From positions 1 through 64,000 of the IMG/VR virus record IMGVR_UViG_3300030102_006261: a DNA stretch of 64,000 nt. The stretch is one strand, 5' to 3'. The stretch is from a virus. The translations under genes were made by a program, and so were the position numbers. Shown here piece after piece: positions 24,267 to 34,272 of the stretch. The stretch's first letter is position 1. Each line of letters begins with the position of its first letter. The notes under the pieces are model-generated. The model was not told where the DNA came from. It made no database searches and saw only the letters and a program-made list of their open reading frames with translations.

Positions 24267-24707
24267 CTAGGTTCCTTTGAATAAATCTTTTTCTGTGAGT
24301 ATTTTAAATTTCCATCCTTTATCTTTGCATAGTTTAGTTGCAGATTTCCATTTCTCTGTATTAACTGCGTATGTCATAATTTCGTTCTGATAAGTTTTTG
24401 GTCTTTTCTTGCCCTTTTTAGGTCTTTTAGTTTGTTTTTCTGGTTTGACCTCAATTAAGAACGTATTCACCTCGTTATTTTCATTTTTTATTTCTGCTAT
24501 AAAATCGGGATAATATCGATGAATTTTTTTATCTATCGGAGAGACATATGGTACAACAATTTCTTCACTACCCCAACGTACAACGTTTTCATTTGCATCC
24601 ATGTATTTACACACTTTTCTCTCCCACGTAGATCGGCAAATAATTTTTGTTGGATCCCCGAGGTACTTCTTTGTGTTTTTGGGATTGTATTTTGTTTTGT
24701 ATGGCAT
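24267..24707 (-). CDS. gp4: Head completion protein (TnsA-like nuclease fold)
   Basis: P.N..KY.GDP..I..RS.WE, W.SEE..VPY.SP.D...HRYYPDF, IEVKP..QT; start MPYK at 24707. Confidence 0.92.
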   Translation of the reverse strand: MPYKTKYNPKNTKKYLGDPTKIICRSTWERKVCKYMDANENVVRWGSEEIVVPYVSPIDKKIHRYYPDFIAEIKNENNEVNTFLIEVKPEKQTKRPKKGKKRPKTYQNEIMTYAVNTEKWKSATKLCKDKGWKFKILTEKDLFKGT

Positions 24708-24715
24708 TCTATTCT

Positions 24716-24731
24716 CCAATATATATATTGG
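24716..24731. promoter_or_regulatory. Perfect palindrome, probable bidirectional late promoter
   Basis: CCAATATATATATTGG between divergent gp4 and gp48. Confidence 0.6.
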
Positions 24732-24746
24732 GGTAAGGGGAAATAA

Positions 24747-25562
24747 ATGGCCACAAACGCAATAGCATGGGGAACTCCGGAAACAGTAGAAGCTCCATAC
24801 TGGATGCTTTTTTCTTGTCATAACTACAGTAAATTTTTCCAAGACAGAGCACCACTAAATCAGTTGTTAGGAGAAATATTACTCCCCGGAACCATCGTTT
24901 CTCGCGGAACGATGAACCGTTACAATGATGATAGCCCCATGAAAGAAAGCTTCCAGCATCTGAGGGATAGTCTAGGAAATGCAAAAATTGGTGGTAAATC
25001 GGTAACTGGTACAGGTCTTAGAGATGAACTCGCTCAGATCACCGATGGAGTAGCGTCCAGAGCGTTCAATGACACATTTGGTAACATGCAAAGAAGTGCG
25101 GGTAGAATTGACCTTCTTACTACCGAGTCCGTTTACATGGGTGCATCAAGAAGGAAGTATCAGTTAAACTGGAATCTGAAAACAGTTGCAAGCGTTGCCA
25201 ACAGTGAACTAGCTGCTCTTATAGGGAACACATTCGAGTCTTTATCCATGCCAGCACCTCTTCTCAGCAGTGGGAATCTCATAGACGCAATATCTAGAAT
25301 GAATCACCCACCACTCTGGCAACTTAGCGCATGGGATGCTAGAAACAACTCTAACCAAACTGGATTCTGGTTAGGTCAACCCAAACCATGTGCGTTAGTT
25401 GAGGTAGCTCACGGAATCGATACCTCTAGATTTTACAGAACAGATGACGCATTCTATCCATTCTCATACAACATAGGTTTGACTTTTGTTGAAATAGAGG
25501 GTGTATTTAGAGATCCAAATGGTGGCATCATAAGCAGATCGGAATTGTTTAGCAGACTATGA
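24747..25562 (+). CDS. gp48: Baseplate tail-tube cap
   Basis: Y.G...R.Y..NW.L, PP.W.L, PCAL..V, L.F.E.E; synteny before gp53. Confidence 0.7.
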   Translation: MATNAIAWGTPETVEAPYWMLFSCHNYSKFFQDRAPLNQLLGEILLPGTIVSRGTMNRYNDDSPMKESFQHLRDSLGNAKIGGKSVTGTGLRDELAQITDGVASRAFNDTFGNMQRSAGRIDLLTTESVYMGASRRKYQLNWNLKTVASVANSELAALIGNTFESLSMPAPLLSSGNLIDAISRMNHPPLWQLSAWDARNNSNQTGFWLGQPKPCALVEVAHGIDTSRFYRTDDAFYPFSYNIGLTFVEIEGVFRDPNGGIISRSELFSRL

Positions 25563-26485
25563 GTTACTTCAAATATTTACCAAAAATTAATTATACCTTT
25601 CCAGATGGATCAACAAAAGAAATAGTTGATATTTATTCACGAGGTTATATAAAACCAGATTCATCAATATATGATAAAATTATTTTAAATGGTGGACAAA
25701 AACCAGAACAACTTGCAAACAACATTTATGAAAACCCACATCTCTTTTGGCAGATTTTGTACGCAAATAATGTCATAACAAGAGACGATTGGCCGTTAAC
25801 TGATATAGAAATAAATGATCTTTTTGTGAATTACTATACGGGATTTTCTTTTCATATATTTGCTAAGCCAGAGTTGACACTACGACGGGGTGATATAATA
25901 ACAATCGCGGCAGACGGAATACCGGTTGACCCTTCAAAGTGGGCAATTGTTGATACCTATGATCAAAGAACAAGAAAAATTGACTCGATATATTTCACAG
26001 ATGATTTTTTCACTGGATTAGAATCCCAACAAATTTTCATTTGGAGATTAACAAATCCGAATGTTGACGGCAGTTTCTCTGATACAGTCACCGAAATATT
26101 TTCATCGTCAAATGTTGACACAACATTTATTGCTAAGAAGGTAACTCCAATACAGTCCTCATTGTCTGAATTTACTGATACATCCAAAAAACAAGTTATT
26201 TCACCATATCGAGAAACGGATGATACAACACTACTAGACACTCTGACTATAGAATTTAATAGCACATCAACCTCATTGATAGCGAAATACATAAATGGAA
26301 GTGATCTACCAACTAACATAAAAACCAATAGTGTTAAAGATTTTCTGACTAAAGTAGAAACAAATAAACGTGGTGTTTTTGTTCCGAAGAAAACAATAAC
26401 TTCAAACATAACCGATGCGTTTAGTATTGTAATGAGTTCCCGAAATGCCTTATCATCATATGGTTCGGTAAATTCTACAAACTGA
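25559..26485 (+). CDS. gp53: Baseplate wedge protein
   Basis: MSYFKYLPKINY, G.KPE.LA..IY..P.L.W.IL.AN..I..DWP. Confidence 0.88.
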   Translation: MSYFKYLPKINYTFPDGSTKEIVDIYSRGYIKPDSSIYDKIILNGGQKPEQLANNIYENPHLFWQILYANNVITRDDWPLTDIEINDLFVNYYTGFSFHIFAKPELTLRRGDIITIAADGIPVDPSKWAIVDTYDQRTRKIDSIYFTDDFFTGLESQQIFIWRLTNPNVDGSFSDTVTEIFSSSNVDTTFIAKKVTPIQSSLSEFTDTSKKQVISPYRETDDTTLLDTLTIEFNSTSTSLIAKYINGSDLPTNIKTNSVKDFLTKVETNKRGVFVPKKTITSNITDAFSIVMSSRNALSSYGSVNSTN

Positions 26486-26495
26486 GGATTTAAAA

Positions 26496-29400
26496 GTGGC
26501 TGACAGTAAAAATGATATTCAATGGCATGAACTTTCACTGAGCGTGAAGGGTCCAAATAATAAAGATATTAGCATTGATATTTCAACCGATCCCATGTTC
26601 CCCTTTATATACAATGGAATGAATATCGAACAATCGATGTTTGAGGGTGGTCTAAAGGGGACATTAATGCTTCGTGATGCAGATCCCCAAAACGCATATA
26701 ATAACAAGATCCCCACGATATCTCCTTACCTGAGAACTGGTGGTAAATTAAAAATGGCGTTCTCCACGCCTGGTATTGATGACTCCTTTACTGAGTTGCA
26801 ATTTTATATGACCTCAATATCACTAGTTGCAAACCAAATGCCTGGAATGTATTTACAGATGGGTGAGTCTACAAATAGACTTTATCAAATTGAATTTTCT
26901 TCATATGAAGATGTGCAAGTTTATCCAGAGAATAGAGAATTTGGTGATGACGAATGGGTTGGTCCCATCGATAAATATGTAACCGAACAATTAGCTCCAA
27001 ACTACTTTGATGGTAAACCGTACTCAACACAAAAAAATAGGCAAACCACGTCGAAGGAACCAATGGAGGTTGACAAAACCAGAAACTGGGTTTGGTTGAG
27101 GCCGAGGTATTTCTTATATCCTTGGGGTAAAGTCGTTAAAGAACTAAATGTTGATCAATTGATCAATAACTTCTCAGAGAATGCTATTGATTTACAATAT
27201 AACGCTCCAAATTATTTCTTTTGGCAAGATTTTGATAAGTGGTACTTTAAGAGTATAACATCATTGATCAGTGAAAGGTACATAAATCAAGAGGGCTATT
27301 GGAGATATAGCCTAACTTCGGATGAGGGGGATCTGTATAGATTTGAGTCAATAAAAAGTGTCAAAGCATATGATCTTGATGATTTAACAAACTCTGGTGC
27401 GTTTGCATCCAAGTACAGACTTGTTGAACCAAATTACAACAGTATATACGATGGAATTGGAAGCTCAGAGCTAAAAGAAAGTTTATTGATCAACCACTTA
27501 CCGGTGCCCGAGGGAGTTGAAGATCTTACTAACTTTAACAATCCTGCTTGGACAGATGATTATAGAGCGCAAATAAAAGCTGGCACTCAGTTTCACGATA
27601 CCGATCCGATAGGATTTAGGTTACGAGAAAGAGATATCAATTTTGATTACAGGTGTGATTTCCTCGGTTTACCCATGGGTCCTTGTAAACAACCCGAGGA
27701 GGTGGAAGATCCCACGGACGAAGAAGAGGAAGAAAAATTCAATGAGCAATATTCATTGTTCAAAAGAAATTCAGTTCTTATAGGTACACAGCCAGTTGCG
27801 GATCTAGAAGATGAAACATTATTCACACCAGAAATAAACGAAATATATGACGCTATTTACGGCTGGTTTAACTTTAGTCAATACAATAACCCAAATCCAA
27901 CCTTAAATGATCAGTACTCATACGTTGAAGGTAAAAACCAAGACATACTTTGGCAAACAATGTTTGACATTACACCATTGGATGGTAATCTTTTATATAC
28001 TTTACGTTCAATTAGATCTAGATTGAAGAAAAAACGTTTAGCATACTCTCTACTTTCAACACTTAAGCAACACTGGAATTATTACAGATACTCCATGTGC
28101 TGTTCACAGGTTGCAGATGAAACAGAGAAGGACTCCTTCGCGGTGTTAGTTGGTATAGAAACTCCGGGTACATATGTAAACTCAGAGATAGGCGAGGTTC
28201 CAATTGGTGGTGGTCCAGTTCCATATGAAACTGGAGGAGAAGAGGGACCAGCAGATAATTCGTGGACTCACGATACCCTGTATTGGCCAATCTATAGGTA
28301 TGCTTTTTATCCAGTAGAAATCGTACCAAAATGGGATCCGTCACTAAACTACTATAACACCACTGTAATACCAGAGGGTAGTGATGAGGATGATGAAAGT
28401 GATGACAGTGAAGAAAGTTTGGCTTATGGTAGAGACTTCTTGGGGAGACCATGTGATGCATTCCATCCAGATGGAAAACCAAAAAGAGTTTACGAAAGAT
28501 ATGATCAAACAACTTTGAATATCATTAATGGAAATGCACAACCAAATAATGAAGATAACTTATACACCCTAAATCACGATCACCTAGAGTGGTTCAACAT
28601 AAACCCAAATAAAAACGCTAATTTTTATGCAATACCTCTAGGCATACAATTTGAAGTTGTTCGTGATGAAGATACAGATGAAGTTATTTCCACGAAACCA
28701 TATCACTCAAGTTTCACACTACCAGACGCAGCTAGCACTTACGGTACAGTCGGTGAAGAGCAAGAGTTTGGTGGGAATAGATGTAAGATAAAAGAAAATG
28801 TAGTTGAGGGGTTTTTCCTTCGAGGTAAAAATGTCGCTTGGAACATAAATGAACTTTCTAATTACTGGACATGGGTAAATCCTGGCATCAATATGTACGG
28901 GGAGGATTACCCCAATCATCCAGAGTCATTTTCAATGATGCCTGTTGGAGCTGTTTTTGGTCAAGATCCAACTACTTCTTCACCAGAAGCAGAAATAAAC
29001 GATCCCAATAAAACCATCTCCCCACCAGAAGAAACATATCGAAATGAGGAAACTTTAGAGAGTGAAATACTAGGTAGAATTGTTCGACTCACACCAGTCA
29101 ATAAATCAGAGTATGAAATAAATCTACCCTTTAATGATTTACCTGTTGATTGTAGTGATGTTGATGATGAAGCAGAGGAGGGCACTGGGGAGTCAGAGGG
29201 AGAGTCCAGTGAATCCTCAAATCAAAATTTCCCAGCATCAATTAAAGATGAATCTGGTGTGGACGCAGACAATGGAATTTTTATGATTGTAAACAAAATA
29301 TTTGGAACAGACAATATTCCGAAACCTTTTGGTGGTAAAAAACAAGATCTTGAAGTTGTGGTAAGAGAAGTAGATGAGAATGATGAAACTATTGTGACAA

Positions 29401-29735
29401 CCAGAACCGTAAAATACGATCAAGATTGTACATTCCCCATATCGACATCTGGATTTGGTGCTGACAGTTCCTCCGGCGCCGTTGAGACACCAATATATGT
29501 CTTTGACGTTGAAAATTCACATGATGGCAATTGTGATGGTAATGTTCCATTCGGTCCATACATGAGTAATTTCCAACTCAATGAAGATGAAGAAGAGGAA
29601 GAAGATGAGTCAGATGAGGGTGTCGATGAGGGTGTCCCTGAAGCGTTGGCCGCTATCAGTTTTGATGAAAATCAGTTAGACTCCGGGGAAGAAGCCCTCG
29701 AGGCTCCAACTAGAGAAGATATTGAAGAAGGGTAG
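26496..29735 (+). CDS. Baseplate hub (gp27-like) N-terminal part with very large acidic extension
   Basis: I.QSMF..G.L.L.D and YFFWQD...WYFKSI..L hub motifs; E/D-rich C-half. Confidence 0.6.
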   Translation: MADSKNDIQWHELSLSVKGPNNKDISIDISTDPMFPFIYNGMNIEQSMFEGGLKGTLMLRDADPQNAYNNKIPTISPYLRTGGKLKMAFSTPGIDDSFTELQFYMTSISLVANQMPGMYLQMGESTNRLYQIEFSSYEDVQVYPENREFGDDEWVGPIDKYVTEQLAPNYFDGKPYSTQKNRQTTSKEPMEVDKTRNWVWLRPRYFLYPWGKVVKELNVDQLINNFSENAIDLQYNAPNYFFWQDFDKWYFKSITSLISERYINQEGYWRYSLTSDEGDLYRFESIKSVKAYDLDDLTNSGAFASKYRLVEPNYNSIYDGIGSSELKESLLINHLPVPEGVEDLTNFNNPAWTDDYRAQIKAGTQFHDTDPIGFRLRERDINFDYRCDFLGLPMGPCKQPEEVEDPTDEEEEEKFNEQYSLFKRNSVLIGTQPVADLEDETLFTPEINEIYDAIYGWFNFSQYNNPNPTLNDQYSYVEGKNQDILWQTMFDITPLDGNLLYTLRSIRSRLKKKRLAYSLLSTLKQHWNYYRYSMCCSQVADETEKDSFAVLVGIETPGTYVNSEIGEVPIGGGPVPYETGGEEGPADNSWTHDTLYWPIYRYAFYPVEIVPKWDPSLNYYNTTVIPEGSDEDDESDDSEESLAYGRDFLGRPCDAFHPDGKPKRVYERYDQTTLNIINGNAQPNNEDNLYTLNHDHLEWFNINPNKNANFYAIPLGIQFEVVRDEDTDEVISTKPYHSSFTLPDAASTYGTVGEEQEFGGNRCKIKENVVEGFFLRGKNVAWNINELSNYWTWVNPGINMYGEDYPNHPESFSMMPVGAVFGQDPTTSSPEAEINDPNKTISPPEETYRNEETLESEILGRIVRLTPVNKSEYEINLPFNDLPVDCSDVDDEAEEGTGESEGESSESSNQNFPASIKDESGVDADNGIFMIVNKIFGTDNIPKPFGGKKQDLEVVVREVDENDETIVTTRTVKYDQDCTFPISTSGFGADSSSGAVETPIYVFDVENSHDGNCDGNVPFGPYMSNFQLNEDEEEEEDESDEGVDEGVPEALAAISFDENQLDSGEEALEAPTREDIEEG

Positions 29736-29743
29736 TCATAGCA

Positions 29744-30619
29744 ATGACAAGTAAAAGTAAAATAATATACACCAATACTAAAAAAGAAAAAAAGATAGAT
29801 CAAGAACCGATTATAATTGGTGAACATGAGTATGTTTGTTTAAAGCCAAGTGGACCGACTGATAACTCACCGTGTGAAACTGAAGGTAAATGGGATGAGT
29901 TTATTGGAGAGGATCCAAGAAAAGGTAGCGCGAAAGAGTATCTTCCAGAATACGAAGCTCTGTGTAAATGTCATAAGGCTGAACACTTGGGAGCACCAGA
30001 TGAGGAGAGGGATCCTAACTCACTTCCACCCTTTGCAGATCTAGCCTCAAAGGTCCCTTTGTTTAGGGAACCAATGGATGACGAAATGCATTATGCAGAG
30101 GATGACATTGATGAGTGCAAGGAAATACGTAGTAGTCTTTTTGATGGGGAAAATTACTTAGGTTGTTTACCGCCCATACCAAACAGTCCTCTTAATTGCG
30201 ACTGTGAGAATCCATTCTCAGAGCAAACAGATCAAAGTGGTGATGACAAGTATCTTAGAGACTCTAGATTTGCTGAGTACGTGAGAACTGGTAGAACATA
30301 CTCCACGTTTTGGGATACTCCAAGAAAAACACCACTGTTAAGAAAATCCTTAATGAATCTTTATTCGGCACAAATAGCTGTCGGTACAATGCCGGGAAAC
30401 TTAAAACTTAAGGTTGGTGACTTTGTGGAGATACAAGGAACCCCATCTTCAGATGATACAAATTTACTCACCGGAACTTGGATGGTAGTGAAAATAGTCT
30501 TTTCAATTCCAGCAACAGGATTCCATAAAAATGTGGTAACTCTCATTAGAGATACTAGAGGGACATATGAGGAAAAAACATCCATACAACAGGATGTGGA
30601 AGCAGAGTTAGGTCTTTAA
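29744..30619 (+). CDS. Baseplate hub (gp27-like) C-terminal part
   Basis: PGNL.LKVGD.V.I...G.W.V..I......LIRD terminal motif; Cys-rich N-half. Confidence 0.6.
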   Translation: MTSKSKIIYTNTKKEKKIDQEPIIIGEHEYVCLKPSGPTDNSPCETEGKWDEFIGEDPRKGSAKEYLPEYEALCKCHKAEHLGAPDEERDPNSLPPFADLASKVPLFREPMDDEMHYAEDDIDECKEIRSSLFDGENYLGCLPPIPNSPLNCDCENPFSEQTDQSGDDKYLRDSRFAEYVRTGRTYSTFWDTPRKTPLLRKSLMNLYSAQIAVGTMPGNLKLKVGDFVEIQGTPSSDDTNLLTGTWMVVKIVFSIPATGFHKNVVTLIRDTRGTYEEKTSIQQDVEAELGL

Positions 30620-30640
30620 CTTGGATTATAAATATAACGT

Positions 30641-31069
30641 ATGGCAGTAGAAATAACACATTCTGATTTAGATGTAGATCTCACTAGAAACACGTTCACG
30701 GGAGACGCATCTGTAAAAAACGACTTGAATGCAATACGTCAGTCTGTTCAAAATATATTATTAACTAGACGAGGCGAAAGACCCTTTGATCCTACTTTTG
30801 GCAGTGAAATTGAAAATTTCTTGTTTGAATCACAAGACTCATTTCTAACCACCATCACTTTAAAAAGTAGATTAGAAACAGCCATAAACAAAATAGATCG
30901 TAGGGTTAAATTTATTGATTTTATTGTTTTAGATGATCTGAGTGAGTCGAGTACAGATACCGTTTTCTTTGAATTGCAATATTCGGTAAACACTTTGGGT
31001 CAAGATTTAAATCAGGGTGATTCGACAGAAATTACAGATGCGGTTACAATAACAGTAGAGAGGGCTTAG
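30641..31069 (+). CDS. gp25: Baseplate wedge subunit
   Basis: AIRQSVQNILLT..GERPFDP.FGS; TATAAATA 30627-34 six nt before ATG. Confidence 0.93.
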   Translation: MAVEITHSDLDVDLTRNTFTGDASVKNDLNAIRQSVQNILLTRRGERPFDPTFGSEIENFLFESQDSFLTTITLKSRLETAINKIDRRVKFIDFIVLDDLSESSTDTVFFELQYSVNTLGQDLNQGDSTEITDAVTITVERA

Positions 31070-31070
31070 T

Positions 31071-32867
31071 ATGTCTCAAATACAATTGGGAAGTTTAGAT
31101 TATGATGAAATTAAAAATGAATTAAAATCTTTTCTTTCAAATCAAGAGGAGCTGAGGGATTATAATTTTGATGGATCTATCCTTTCAACAATTGTTGATC
31201 TGATGGCTTATAATACAATGTATTATGCTTTTTATTCGAATATGCAAGCAAATGAAGCCTTCTTGGATACCGCACAAAGAACAGACTCCCTAATATCATT
31301 AGCAAAACCACTAGGATATGTTGTACCGCACAGGAAAAGTGCGACATCCCAAATTACATTAACTGGTGTTGAAGGTAGCGACAACGTAAGCTTTGGTAGG
31401 TATGAACTTAGACTAACTGGATCCGATGCGTCCGGAACAATTAGAACATTTTATAATCTAAATCCAATAACTTTATCCTCTGCTACAGTTCCTAGTGCCA
31501 CTGGAACTTTCTATGAGGCGAATGAAGTGGTATTGGATGCAGTGGTAAATGTGGATCTTGATTCACAGAAGTTTGATATCTTTGACAAGACTGTTGATCC
31601 AATTGGTATAATCGTAAAGGTCAATGGTGTAGAGTGGAGAAAACAAGAGGGTATAGATCCCGATCTAAACTCACTCAGTGAGGTTTACTTTGTCGAACCC
31701 AGTAAAAATGGTTACGTAGTTCGAATGGGAGGGTTAACCGAAACTGAGTCTGGTCAGATAATCGGTAAGGGTGTTGCTCCCGAAGATGTGGTCACAGTTT
31801 CATACTTCTCTTCAAATGGATCATTGGGAAATAACATTACTGGTATCTTTGGAAACGATAGTGTATCCATACAGACAGCAGAAGCGACCACATTGTCCGC
31901 TGGTGGATTCAATTCACCAAATCCAGACGTAATTAAATTCTTTGCTCCTAGATTTTTTGCTACACAGAACAGAGCAGTTACAGCAGAGGACTTTAAAACA
32001 ATTGGGGCTTCGTTGTTGGGTTTAGAGAGTAATGCATCATTTATTAATGTTTTTGGTCACGAAGATATCGGCAATTTACCACACCTAAACTACACCAACG
32101 AAGATGGTGCGAATATTACAGACCAAGAATTCTTTTCTGGATCACCCGGTGAAGTCTACGTATCATACCTAAACTCAAGTGGAGAAGCTCCGAGTTCGTC
32201 AGAGCAAAGTATATTTTTCAATCAACTAAAAACTAAGTCGGTTGCCGGTTTATCGCTTCTTTATTATCCACCAAGAGTTGGTGAGTTGGTTGTCAAAATT
32301 CAAAATCCATCCGAGCAAGAAATAAACACATTCAACACATTATTTCCAGATGGTTTCACCGACGTAAACTCAGAACTATTTGCAAATAGTGGTGGTCGTG
32401 CTTTTAGCACAGCGACTATAACTTTTACTGATAACCCAAATAATGCCAGTGGTGGTAAGTTTTTCTTTAAAAACAAAATGGATCGAAACGTTCCATTCGT
32501 AATGACTCCTGAAACGTTTATTCCACGACCAGATGAATTAGATACGACTGGAGTATGGTATGATTTGAGTTCAATTACAATTGATGAACCTTCTAGTGGA
32601 AATGATGGTTATTTCTCACCTATTTTCGCTGCTGATGCCGAACAATATATTACCCAAGCCGGAGCCTGGTTTACCGCGTCCAAGCAAATAGGAGCCATAT
32701 ATTGGGACACGGGAGAGATACAGATACTTAGTTTACAACAAAGCCCTGTTGATTATGGTAATATTACCTTTAGTGCGAATGTGGACTTCAACGCGGCAAA
32801 TCAAAACCAAACAATTTACGCTCCACACAATTTCTACCTATCCTCTAAACTGGAAAATACCTCGTGA
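31071..32867 (+). CDS. gp6: Baseplate wedge subunit
   Basis: LDYDEIK..LK.FL..Q...DYNFDGS.LS..VDL.AYNT, QNRAVTAEDF. Confidence 0.93.
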   Translation: MSQIQLGSLDYDEIKNELKSFLSNQEELRDYNFDGSILSTIVDLMAYNTMYYAFYSNMQANEAFLDTAQRTDSLISLAKPLGYVVPHRKSATSQITLTGVEGSDNVSFGRYELRLTGSDASGTIRTFYNLNPITLSSATVPSATGTFYEANEVVLDAVVNVDLDSQKFDIFDKTVDPIGIIVKVNGVEWRKQEGIDPDLNSLSEVYFVEPSKNGYVVRMGGLTETESGQIIGKGVAPEDVVTVSYFSSNGSLGNNITGIFGNDSVSIQTAEATTLSAGGFNSPNPDVIKFFAPRFFATQNRAVTAEDFKTIGASLLGLESNASFINVFGHEDIGNLPHLNYTNEDGANITDQEFFSGSPGEVYVSYLNSSGEAPSSSEQSIFFNQLKTKSVAGLSLLYYPPRVGELVVKIQNPSEQEINTFNTLFPDGFTDVNSELFANSGGRAFSTATITFTDNPNNASGGKFFFKNKMDRNVPFVMTPETFIPRPDELDTTGVWYDLSSITIDEPSSGNDGYFSPIFAADAEQYITQAGAWFTASKQIGAIYWDTGEIQILSLQQSPVDYGNITFSANVDFNAANQNQTIYAPHNFYLSSKLENTS

Positions 32868-33727
32868 CACTATCGATTCTAGGACATCCAGATCAGAACC
32901 CATCAGCAGGTGCAAGTGCTTCAGCAAATCTAATCACTCTGCGTGATAGTGTTGTTTCTACGTTTCCAGCGCAAAGATCTACCGCCCTTCTTCCAGAATC
33001 TGAAATAGAACGATCTTGTACGGGAAGACCACCATTCGACGTTCTAAATCAATTTCCCAGATGGATTCAAAAAAGACACAACAGTGGTGATAGCACTCTT
33101 ATTACTTTGATGGAATACTACTATAAATGGCTTTATTGTGAATTCGGAAGTGGATATATTTTAGATGACAGAATGTCATCGATACATGATATTGATGAAA
33201 CAACTGATGAATTTGTTGATCTTATTGCCAGAACATACGCACCAGATTTAGATGTGATTTCAGGTATTGCATCAGTTTCAACAAGCAGAGAATTCATTAA
33301 AAATATAAGAAAAGTTCTGTACTCATCAAAAGGCACAAAACAATCAATATACCATTTCTTCAACACGCTGTTTAAAGATTTTGTTTACGTTGAGATATTG
33401 TATCCAAATGATAATTATGGTGAGGGTGAGTCAATTGGCATTGGGGGTGCGGGTGATCCATTTAGAACAAATTCATCATTATTATCTGACTCAACACATA
33501 GATTAAATGAAGGACAGTCACAAGAGGTAAATCTAGGATCTGCCGGTAGTGGATCAGGTGAAATGTTTACGTATAGTGTAAAGGCGTATTTTACTGATTC
33601 TGGTATACCTCTAACCGAGCAACAAAAAAGAGATATAGAATCTTTGTATAGAAGGTTAATTCATCCGGTAGGAATGAAACTAAATTTTGAAATAAACACA
33701 ACCAACCTATTAAGAAACATAGACTAA
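32864..33727 (+). CDS. gp7: Baseplate wedge initiator gp7-like (short)
   Basis: QFP.W, EYYY.WL, DID.T..EF, IKNI...Y.SKGT..S...FF, HPVGMKL. Confidence 0.75.
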   Translation: MTLSILGHPDQNPSAGASASANLITLRDSVVSTFPAQRSTALLPESEIERSCTGRPPFDVLNQFPRWIQKRHNSGDSTLITLMEYYYKWLYCEFGSGYILDDRMSSIHDIDETTDEFVDLIARTYAPDLDVISGIASVSTSREFIKNIRKVLYSSKGTKQSIYHFFNTLFKDFVYVEILYPNDNYGEGESIGIGGAGDPFRTNSSLLSDSTHRLNEGQSQEVNLGSAGSGSGEMFTYSVKAYFTDSGIPLTEQQKRDIESLYRRLIHPVGMKLNFEINTTNLLRNID

Positions 33728-33728
33728 C

Positions 33729-34259
33729 ATGGTATACGCGGGGGACGGACAATCAAAGTTTACTACAGGTAAAAGTAGTAAAAAAGATAAAGCTAAACGT
33801 AATGCCGGTGAGATAAAAAGTTCTGGTAAAAGTTATGATAAAAGTTTTAGAAATGTGGTTGAAATCATAGAACCCGTTATTGGTAGTCTTTATAGTGTGT
33901 TTGGTGGTGGTGGATATGAATTTACAGCGGACGTTACTGGAACGGGAAACGGGGCAACCGGAGGAACTGGGTTAAATGAAGTTACAATCATACACAATTA
34001 TCTACCTTATGAACTTTCATCAGTTTCTGACCTAGGAATAACGGTTGGTTGCTCTGGATCAGGTTATCGTGGATGGTCTGGTGGTGTCACCGGGGCTACA
34101 TATAATGAAATCACATATGCACATCCTGATTGGTCTAACTCGATTATATCAGGATCCTCTTTTGGTGCTATTTCTTTAGGTGATTTCTTTGTTTTGACCG
34201 GAACATCAGAAAACGATTCAAGGCAGTGTTGCTATTCATGTCCAGCCACTGGATATTAA
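33729..34259 (+). CDS. Structural protein, possibly detached C-terminal part of gp7
   Basis: I.NYLPY motif, GxTG repeats; lies between gp7 and gp8. Confidence 0.5.
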   Translation: MVYAGDGQSKFTTGKSSKKDKAKRNAGEIKSSGKSYDKSFRNVVEIIEPVIGSLYSVFGGGGYEFTADVTGTGNGATGGTGLNEVTIIHNYLPYELSSVSDLGITVGCSGSGYRGWSGGVTGATYNEITYAHPDWSNSIISGSSFGAISLGDFFVLTGTSENDSRQCCYSCPATGY

Positions 34260-34272
34260 AGGGAAATAATTA

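Noticed and set aside
24708-24842. 45-aa N-terminal extension of gp4
   Set aside because: Overlaps divergent gp48; homology and GGAG RBS begin at MPYK 24707
29733-29746. Stop-codon readthrough or alternative genetic code joining the hub ORFs
   Set aside because: Next ORF is in a different frame; conserved genes are intact in code 11 and TAG ends gp14, gp18, gp25 and gp47 normally
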